Source of the DNA: Nitrospirota bacterium
Lineage (GTDB): Bacteria > Nitrospirota > UBA9217
Reading direction: 5' to 3'
Assembly (NCBI GenBank): GCA_033854515.1
Contig: JAWOJY010000003.1
Coordinates: 2,254-66,253, forward strand
DNA length: 64,000 nt
Each line of letters begins with the position of its first letter. Position 1 is the first letter of the stretch. The notes under the pieces were generated by a model. The model had not been told where the DNA came from and did not search any database. It was given only the letters and a program-made list of their open reading frames with translations. The position numbers and the translations under genes are program-made. Below, in pieces: positions 57,364 through 64,000 of the stretch.

Positions 57364-57726
57364 AAATCAATTTACCACTTTAAGCCACTCTTGTCCAAAA
57401 TAGATTTTCAAACGAACTCGGACTTCAGAGGGTAAGGGGCTACTTTTTTGTTTTTGACATTAATATCAAGAATAAAGAGAAGACTCATTAACATAACCAT
57501 TCGGCTCGAGCGGGTCGCGAAAACCGCGCCCTTCAGCCTTCCGGCCAAGCACGCGCAGCCTCACCTGCCACTCGTTCGAGCAGAATCTGCTATAATCAAA
57601 CATAAAGACTTGACATGATGCGCAAAAGTTTTAACAACAAAAAGGCGCAAAAAGCGCAAGAAAAAATATTGCTGCGGTTATAAATTCTTTTATGGATTCT
57701 GCGCTTCTTTGCGGCAAAATGTCTTA

Positions 57727-57742
57727 TGGTTTTTGATTTGCG
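57727..57742 (+). promoter_or_regulatory. Sigma-54-like promoter candidate: TGGTTT-TTGAT-TTGCG
   Basis: GG and GC dinucleotides are at the consensus 11-nt spacing, and the site is about 30 nt upstream of the tandem Usp start (RBS GGAGAG). The -24 hexamer departs from TGGCAC at 3 positions. Confidence 0.3.
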
Positions 57743-57772
57743 GCTAACAGGCCGCGCCATGGAGAGACTCCG

Positions 57773-58618
57773 ATGAGTTCTGCAGAATTTTGTCCCATAT
57801 CGAAACTTGACAGGCTGCTTTTGGCGACGGACCGTTCCGTGTTCAGTAAAGGGGCTGAAAGAGAGGCGATAAACTTCGCCAAAAAGTGTTCAAGCGTGCT
57901 CTACATCATGTCGGTCCTTGAAACGAACCCCGTATATGAGTCTATCGGCGCCAGTGCCTATCAAAAAGAAGAGCAGGAAGCGATAAAATATCTCGAATCC
58001 GTAAAATCAAGGGCGTTGCAGGAAGGGTTATACTACTGTGATACTGTCCTTCACTACGGTGAAGAACCCTATCGACTTATAGTCAATGAAGCCGTTGATA
58101 AAAATGTCGACATGATAATCATCGGCAGACGCGGCCGCAGCGGATTGATGAAGGTGTTGATGGGACAGGTGGCCGCAAAGGTCATAGGTCACGCGCCCTG
58201 CAAGGTCCTCGTTGTTCCAAAGGCTGCACGGATTGAATTCAGGAATATATTGGTCGCCACGGACGGTTCAGCGCACAGTATTGCCGCGGCGTCGGAAGCA
58301 ATCGGAATTGCAAAACGCTGTGGAAGCAGCATTATTGCGGTTTCCACAATGCACACGGAAGTAGAATTCGAAGAAGCAAAGGCAAATATCGGAAGCGTCG
58401 TTGAAATGGCGCAAAAGGAAGGCGTACCCGTGGAAGCATTGACCCCTATAGGCAAATCTCACGATGTTATCGTCGAAACGGCAGGCGGCAGGGGCGTCGA
58501 TCTGATAGTTATGGGGACCTACGGGAAAACAGGCCTTAAAAAACTTCTCATGGGAAGCTCAACGGAAAAGGTCATCGGGCATGCAAGTTGCGCAGTTCTG
58601 GTCGTCAGGGCGCAGTAA
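57773..58618 (+). CDS. Universal stress protein with tandem Usp domains
   Basis: Two Usp repeats (RLLLATDRSVFS...MIIIGRRGRSGLMKVLMGQVAAKVI and ILVATDGSAHS...LIVMGTYGKTGLKKLLMGSSTEKVI). Confidence 0.85.
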   Translation: MSSAEFCPISKLDRLLLATDRSVFSKGAEREAINFAKKCSSVLYIMSVLETNPVYESIGASAYQKEEQEAIKYLESVKSRALQEGLYYCDTVLHYGEEPYRLIVNEAVDKNVDMIIIGRRGRSGLMKVLMGQVAAKVIGHAPCKVLVVPKAARIEFRNILVATDGSAHSIAAASEAIGIAKRCGSSIIAVSTMHTEVEFEEAKANIGSVVEMAQKEGVPVEALTPIGKSHDVIVETAGGRGVDLIVMGTYGKTGLKKLLMGSSTEKVIGHASCAVLVVRAQ

Positions 58619-58705
58619 ACCCGCGCTATTAACTTACATCACGGAGAAGATCAGGCAGACGACGGCGGTCAATTCCCCCCTGTGACAGGGATGGAGCCAT
58701 TTCCC

Positions 58706-59731
58706 TCACTTCGTGAAAAAGAATTCGGCCACGTACATGAGCAGCAGTATGAACCAGCCGGCGAGGATGATGAACTCAAGGGTCGCGCGGTACGAGACGC
58801 TGAAGTTCTCCGTGGCCATGGTGTAGACGTCTTCGAGGGTGTCGAGCTTTTCCTTGATGTCCGTGGCCCACGTATCGAGATGGAACTTCTTTGAGACCAG
58901 CAAATAGAGCCGGGCGGAATACCAGTCGCCGATGAGTTTGATCTTATGCTCCACGGCCTCGGATTCGAGGATGGACTGGGTCCGGATCTCGACGATCTCC
59001 TTGAGCACCTTCCTGACCTCGCTCGACCTGAGGACCGGAACGCGCCTCGGCGTCCCGATGAGGCGGAGCGTCTTTTCCAGGCGTTCGTCAAGGTCATCGT
59101 CGAGGATGCGGGACTTCAGGAGCTGGAGGTTGGCGATCTCGAACAGCTCTATGTTGCTCTGAAAGTCCCCGGCGGAATCGAAAATGAACGCGCCGTCCCA
59201 ATCCACGATTGTGATGTCGTCCTTGCCGTATTTGAGCGATGACGAGAGGGTCGCCTGCACTTCTTCTTCGTCGAGAAGAATGTTCTCGTTCTTGAGGAGC
59301 GCGGCGATCTTTTCGCCGTACAAAGAAAGGTATATCTCAGGGTCGCCGGTGTAGCCGGAAATGCAGTACACGCTGTATTCCTCGTCGAATTCTTTGTCGC
59401 AATCGAATTCCGCGGTAATCGTCCTGCATTCGCCGATAAGGCGGCGCTTGAAATCGAGCGTGACGTCGGACAAAATATCGTCGATATCCACGGAGGCCTC
59501 GACCACGACGGCATCGGGCAGATAGGCCTTGACGAGAAACCCGACCTCTATCCCCTCGACCCCGCGTTTGTCCATTCTGATGACTTTCTGTTTCGGGATG
59601 ACGTCGAGATAACTCGGGGCGCTCTTCAGCGTCCTGCTCTCGACCGTCTCGGTGGTCTCGAGGTTTTTGTCCGTCCGTCCGACCAGGAACACAACCAGCC
59701 TGCCTGGAATCTGTTTTTCATCGGGTCCCAC
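58706..59731 (-). CDS. Hypothetical protein with an acidic coiled-coil cytoplasmic domain and a single C-terminal TM helix (possibly DUF155/CorA-like fold)
   Basis: 341-aa ORF; C-terminal LEFIILAGWFILLLMYVAEFFF; no GMN motif; the family guess is weak. Confidence 0.45.
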   Translation of the reverse strand: MGPDEKQIPGRLVVFLVGRTDKNLETTETVESRTLKSAPSYLDVIPKQKVIRMDKRGVEGIEVGFLVKAYLPDAVVVEASVDIDDILSDVTLDFKRRLIGECRTITAEFDCDKEFDEEYSVYCISGYTGDPEIYLSLYGEKIAALLKNENILLDEEEVQATLSSSLKYGKDDITIVDWDGAFIFDSAGDFQSNIELFEIANLQLLKSRILDDDLDERLEKTLRLIGTPRRVPVLRSSEVRKVLKEIVEIRTQSILESEAVEHKIKLIGDWYSARLYLLVSKKFHLDTWATDIKEKLDTLEDVYTMATENFSVSYRATLEFIILAGWFILLLMYVAEFFFTK

Positions 59732-59803
59732 GGAGTCACCTGTTGTTCTGTGAATTGAATGAAAATTCAGGTTCTTTCAAAAAGTTGAAAGGAACGGATA
59801 GCG

Positions 59804-60526
59804 TCAGCGCCTGAAAACGGTCTTCAACAGTTCTGTCACCCGCGCGGAAGGATTGGTCCTGATCTTCTGTTCTTCCCGGCCTACCATGAGGAAAAGTCCG
59901 TCGAGCGCCTTGCCGGTCACATACTGGTCGAGGTCAACCGTCTCCTTTTTCAGGAACGGTACGGAACGGGCCTTGTCCATCATGTGCTTGAATGTCTGCG
60001 TGACGCCCACCTCGTTCATCGAGGCGGAGATAACGGGCATGAACGATTGATACAACCTGTCGAACGTTTTCGACTTCAAATAATCCGTCGCAGCCGTGTC
60101 GTCGCCTTTCAGGATCTTCATGGCGTCGTGAATGGTCATTTCCCTTATCGCGTCTCTGAACATTGAAAGCGCCTGAGGTGCGGCCTTTTCCGCGGCCCGG
60201 TTCATGCTGAGGATGAACTTGTCCGCTTCCTTGCCCAGACCGATCTTCCTGAGCGCCTTCTCCGTCTTCCGGATTTTTTCCGGCATCATGATCTTTATCA
60301 TCTGGTTCCCGAAATAACCGTCAACCTGAGAGACCTCTTTTATCCCGTTTTTAGCGCCTATCGAGAGCGCTTCCTTCAACCCGGACGCTACGGTGTCGGC
60401 GTCGAGATCGCTGCCGGAGCGCAGATTCCTGTCCCGGAATTCCTGTACCTTTTCGAGCAATCCCGCGTGCGCTCCGGACGAGACAAAAAAGCCGATGATA
60501 AAAACAACCATTGTCGTTCGCTTCAT
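59804..60526 (-). CDS. Periplasmic DUF4197-like protein
   Basis: Start at the ATG behind AAGGAG; signal peptide MKRTTMVVFIIGFFVSSGAHA; all-helical mature protein; the family name is from memory. Confidence 0.5.
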   Translation of the reverse strand: MKRTTMVVFIIGFFVSSGAHAGLLEKVQEFRDRNLRSGSDLDADTVASGLKEALSIGAKNGIKEVSQVDGYFGNQMIKIMMPEKIRKTEKALRKIGLGKEADKFILSMNRAAEKAAPQALSMFRDAIREMTIHDAMKILKGDDTAATDYLKSKTFDRLYQSFMPVISASMNEVGVTQTFKHMMDKARSVPFLKKETVDLDQYVTGKALDGLFLMVGREEQKIRTNPSARVTELLKTVFRR

Positions 60527-60613
60527 ACGCCGCTCCTTGTAATCGTTTTTGTGTGGAACCATCTTATCGTGCAAAAATGATCCGCCCCGCCGTCATATCG
60601 TTTCATCGTGTAA

Positions 60614-61183
60614 TCATTCCGGCACTTCGGGTGAATAATGAAATTTGTCCGAAGTAAAGGCAAACAGGCTGAAAATGATCAGGGAAACAAGGCCCCAGAT
60701 CAGCCCGAGCACCACGCTGGCATCAACGATGCCTCGCCACGGCTGAGGAAGAAAACGAACGAGGATGATCAGGACGACGATCCCCGCCGTAAGTGAAAGC
60801 GAGGTAATCTTTCTTCTTCTCGTCGCACAGCAGTACCCCATGCAGAAGAAAGGACCGAGCAGCGCGTTCCGGGTGCGGGGATGGTCTTTCAGATATCGCG
60901 CCCGGGCAGCTACGCGTGGGGAAAACCTCTGCTGGAATCCCTTAAAGCCCTCTGCATAAGCCATGAACAGCGCCGTGAATGCCAGCGCGAGCCAATGGTA
61001 CCAGAGGAAATCGTACGAAAAAGCCTGGACGGCAAGCGGCGTCAACCGATATATGGCGCTTGCGAGAAGCAGGATAATGCCTGCCAGTCCCCAGAATGCC
61101 CCGAAGATTCCGATCATTGCGTTCAAAGCACGCGGCATTGAATGTAACTGCGTATCGATGGTTCGATTGCCGGGCAGATGCAT
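60614..61183 (-). CDS. Hypothetical polytopic membrane protein (4-5 TM)
   Basis: 189-aa ORF with several hydrophobic helices; no motif recognised. Confidence 0.45.
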   Translation of the reverse strand: MHLPGNRTIDTQLHSMPRALNAMIGIFGAFWGLAGIILLLASAIYRLTPLAVQAFSYDFLWYHWLALAFTALFMAYAEGFKGFQQRFSPRVAARARYLKDHPRTRNALLGPFFCMGYCCATRRRKITSLSLTAGIVVLIILVRFLPQPWRGIVDASVVLGLIWGLVSLIIFSLFAFTSDKFHYSPEVPE

Positions 61184-61258
61184 AACCCGACACGCTAAGA
61201 CTATAACAATTTATTCGCTGCAGTTCAAGCTTTTCTTTAGCCGGAGAGTTCCGACGGG

Positions 61259-62287
61259 TCAAACGATCTTCAGGACCTTTGCTCCCCGGATCTTTCGTTC
61301 CTTCAGCTCGATCAAGGCCCTGTTCGCCTCGTCAAGGCGGTATTCCTGGACTTCGGGTCTGATGGGAATATCGGCGGCGAGCTGCAAAAACTCCGCGACG
61401 TCGCGGCGGGTGATGTTGGCGACGCTTTTTATTTCCTTCTCCATCCAAAGGTCCCGCGAATAATCGAGTGCGAGCAGCGCGTCCTTATCGGCGTCTTCCT
61501 TCCTGATTGCGTTGATGACGAGTCTTCCGCCCTTCTCGAGGTTCTTCAATGCCTCGACTACCGGCCTCCACGCCGGCGTGGTGTCGATGATCGAGTGGAG
61601 TTTATCAGGAGAATGTTCTTCTGCGCTGCCCGCCCATGCCGCGCCCAGTTCTTTCGCGAACTCCTTTTCCCTGTCCGTCCTGGAGAACACGAAGACTTTG
61701 GAGTGCGGATATGTATGCCGCACCATCTTAAGAACAAGATGGCCCGACGCGCCGAATCCGGTCAGCCCGATGTTTTCGCCGTCCTTCATGTCTGTGAGCT
61801 TGAGAGAGCGGTACCCTATCGCTCCCGCGCAGAGCAGCGGCGCAGCCTCGGAATCGGTAAAGACTGCCGGAACGGCATAAGCGAACCCCTCATTGACGGT
61901 CATGTACTCGGCGTATCCGCCGTTGACGTCCCTGCCTGTGGCCCTGAACTCATCGCACAGATTTTCCATACCTTCACGGCAGAACTTGCACGTGCCGCAT
62001 GCAAAATGTATCCATGCCACGCCTACCCGGTCGCCGATCTCGAATCTCCGCGCGTCCTTCCCGGTCTTTTCCACTCTTCCCACGACCTGGTGGCCGGGAA
62101 CAATGGGAAACCGGGACGGGGGCGTCCTTCCTTCGATTTCATCGAGCTCGGTGTGGCATACGCCGCATGCCGAGACCTTTATGAGAATTTCCCGGCCCTC
62201 GGGCCGCGGGGTCGGCAGGTCAGCCGCCTCGAGCGGAGAGCGGTTTTCTGCAAGATCGACGACGTTCTTGAGTATCATCGCTTTCAT
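61259..62287 (-). CDS. Zinc-dependent alcohol dehydrogenase (MDR superfamily)
   Basis: Catalytic Zn ligands (GVCHTELDEIEG, GHQVVGRV), a structural Zn Cys cluster (CGTCKFCREGMENLC) and Rossmann GxGxxG (GLTGFGASGHL); start set at the ATG behind GAGAGG. Confidence 0.8.
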   Translation of the reverse strand: MKAMILKNVVDLAENRSPLEAADLPTPRPEGREILIKVSACGVCHTELDEIEGRTPPSRFPIVPGHQVVGRVEKTGKDARRFEIGDRVGVAWIHFACGTCKFCREGMENLCDEFRATGRDVNGGYAEYMTVNEGFAYAVPAVFTDSEAAPLLCAGAIGYRSLKLTDMKDGENIGLTGFGASGHLVLKMVRHTYPHSKVFVFSRTDREKEFAKELGAAWAGSAEEHSPDKLHSIIDTTPAWRPVVEALKNLEKGGRLVINAIRKEDADKDALLALDYSRDLWMEKEIKSVANITRRDVAEFLQLAADIPIRPEVQEYRLDEANRALIELKERKIRGAKVLKIV

Positions 62288-62572
62288 GAGTTCCACGCGC
62301 CTCTCAGCCTACCGCACCACGCTGCATTCTTCATCCTCTATAAGGATAAGGCCATCTGCGGGCGTGTGCATATAAATTTCAGCCAGCCTTTTTAGAAGCC
62401 GATGAACGCCCCGTCCAACCGGTAACGAGGGCTTGAACTCATTATAGCAGAACCGTATGCCTGGGCCGTGACAGCGATTGTTTCATGCCGCGAACGAGGG
62501 CGGAGAGGCGGGGAAATCATGCTGCCGTCATTCCCGACAGGATGTACGCGGCAGGATGGAAAAGTGACGCCT

Positions 62573-63622
62573 TTACTGCAGCATCGATTGCCGGTCTACT
62601 TCTTCATAAACGAGGCGGGAAATGTCTCTGATGACTTTTTCGAGTTTTTTGAAATCGTCCCCACGGGTCATGATCCCTAAAAGATAAGGCCGGTTGGTAT
62701 AATAGACGATGCCGAACTCATGGAGCTGTTTTACGTCCTTCGGGCCCGTTCCATCATCGGTCTGAATCGTCCGCTCGCCGAATTTGCTCGCGATATCCAC
62801 GTCGGGCGGTATGGAGGCGACCATGCCTTCCTTGAAGGTCACGTGCGAGAGGTAGCTCAAGGCCTTCTCAGACATTTCTCTACTCAGATACGAAGCGTTG
62901 AAGAGCACGCGAAAGAAGGAAGCATAGCCGTTGATTGTCATGGAATCCTCCACTTTTGTGGGATCGTAATCCACATAAAGGTCCTGGTACACCTTATCGA
63001 GATGACGCGCCGGTATATTGGCCGACAGAAGCGCGAAGGCGTTGTCGTCGGCATAGGCGACCATCCGATAGATCAGGTCCTCCACGGTATAAGATTTGCC
63101 CGGCTCCAGTGATTTTATCGGTTTGATGTATTGGAGCTTCGTGAGATCCTCTCCGCCCGTATAGGTCAGCTTCCTGCTCAGTACAAGCGGGTCGTTCTCG
63201 GTCCATTTGAAGTAAGCGATCATCAGGGGGATCTTGAGAAGGCTTGCAGGCGAGAACTTCTCGTTCTCGTTTACCCCGAACCGGTTCCCATTGTTCAGAT
63301 CCCTGAAATAGACGGCAACGTCCGTCGCCTCTTGTTCTTTGATTTGCTTTTCTACAAGTGCTTTGACTTTATACCGGAACGGCTTGAGTTCCGCCGTTGG
63401 AAGATGTTGAGAAGGCTGTTCGCCGCCCACCAGCGGGCTTATGAACTTGTATTCTCCCACCCGCGCATCGACGGCTCCACTGTCTCCAGTATCCTGATCG
63501 GCATCAGTCGGCGTGACGACCCGCCCGAGAATTATTCCCATGAGGAACGCGACTGTTACGAAGAACAGCAGCACGTAGATGTTGATTGTTACGTTCTGTT
63601 TCTTTTTGATTTTAAACAACAT
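62573..63622 (-). CDS. Membrane-anchored serine hydrolase of the class A beta-lactamase-like fold (paralog of 8698..9708)
   Basis: N-terminal TM helix; FSPASLLKIPLMIAYF carries S-x-x-K; same domain order and many shared blocks with the first paralog (YTVEDL, LNDQ/INGY, FFRVLFNASYLS, HKFG/SKFG, LCVMTSG/LGIMTRG). Confidence 0.6.
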   Translation of the reverse strand: MLFKIKKKQNVTINIYVLLFFVTVAFLMGIILGRVVTPTDADQDTGDSGAVDARVGEYKFISPLVGGEQPSQHLPTAELKPFRYKVKALVEKQIKEQEATDVAVYFRDLNNGNRFGVNENEKFSPASLLKIPLMIAYFKWTENDPLVLSRKLTYTGGEDLTKLQYIKPIKSLEPGKSYTVEDLIYRMVAYADDNAFALLSANIPARHLDKVYQDLYVDYDPTKVEDSMTINGYASFFRVLFNASYLSREMSEKALSYLSHVTFKEGMVASIPPDVDIASKFGERTIQTDDGTGPKDVKQLHEFGIVYYTNRPYLLGIMTRGDDFKKLEKVIRDISRLVYEEVDRQSMLQ

Positions 63623-63824
63623 GACTTTTATTCGTCCTCATTGCGCTGTATTTTAACGCAATTCACACTCAAAGACAAGACTATTATGAGGAAAGACACG
63701 GATCAAACGACTGTGCAGAATTCTCGGTGCGCGAGTAGGAATTGATTCAATGATGGTCCATCACGGAGTGATCGCGGAAAGGGACGTGCCGGACGCGCAT
63801 TCTCGCCTGCGGCGCTACCCCTTG

Positions 63825-64000
63825 ACGGCCTTTAGGATGCCCTGAAGCAGGGCAGTGGGCGTGGGAGGGCACCCGGGTATGCACGCGTTTACGGGAATGA
63901 CCTTGTCGATGCCGCCAAGGGATGCATAGCTTTCACCGAATATGCCGCCCGTGCAGCCGCAGTCGCCCACAGCCACGATGAGTTTCGGAGGCGGCGTGGC
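63825..64000 (-). CDS. Partial CDS (C-terminal end only): NuoB / [NiFe]-hydrogenase small-subunit-like Fe-S protein
   Basis: Reverse-strand translation reads ...KLIVAVGDCGCTGGIFGESYASLGGIDKVIPVNACIPGCPPTPTALLQGILKAVKG, then a stop; the C..C......PGCPP cluster-binding motifs are typical of complex I NuoB / group 4 hydrogenase small subunits. The gene continues beyond the window edge. Confidence 0.6.

Noticed and set aside
1-64000. Scanned for CRISPR repeats, rRNA/tRNA genes, and transposase or integrase signatures
   Set aside because: No regularly spaced direct repeats, no tRNA-like cloverleaf regions in intergenic gaps, and no DDE, tyrosine-recombinase or phage-like ORFs were recognised.

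Overview
This is a high-GC (about 55-60%) bacterial chromosomal segment whose gene content resembles a sigma-54-rich anaerobe (Desulfobacterota- or Nitrospirota-like). That placement is inferred from domain content only, with no database search. I could support about 60 protein-coding genes, no rRNA or tRNA genes, no CRISPR array and no obvious mobile element.

Housekeeping genes:
- DNA repair / GTPase: recO, era.
- Cofactor and central metabolism: nadA, class I fructose-bisphosphate aldolase, 4HBT thioesterase, pirin, Zn alcohol dehydrogenase.
- Envelope and transport: rmuC, tatA, MltD-like lytic transglycosylase, RluA-family pseudouridine synthase, DHA2-family MFS transporter.

The rest of the window is an unusually dense signalling and stress island, holding:
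- five histidine kinases, four of which share one N-terminal sensor module with an EKNYFLY motif;
- two NtrC-type sigma-54 activators and one single-domain receiver;
- nine universal stress protein (Usp) domains in six genes;
- two TauE/SafE (TSUP) permeases.

The most striking gene (44569..46593) is a Lon protease in which a complete response-regulator receiver domain sits between a truncated N-terminal region and the AAA+ module. It is directly followed by a histidine kinase and a sigma-54 activator, which suggests a phosphorylation-controlled protease.

Other notable items:
- two tandem paralogs that fuse a GspE/MshE-N-like (T2SSE_N) domain to multiple DUF202-like heptad-repeat membrane segments;
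- two parallel Usp plus TSUP-permease operons, each preceded by a sigma-54-type promoter and each carrying a divergent Usp-like protein with a shared SFAEEG motif;
- a tandem histidine-kinase duplication that includes the promoter;
- a PEP-utilizing (PpsA-like) enzyme co-encoded with a histidine kinase and a receiver;
- an EncFtn-like mini-ferritin with no encapsulin shell nearby.

All functional calls rest on motif and architecture recognition in the translated ORFs. No similarity searches were run.
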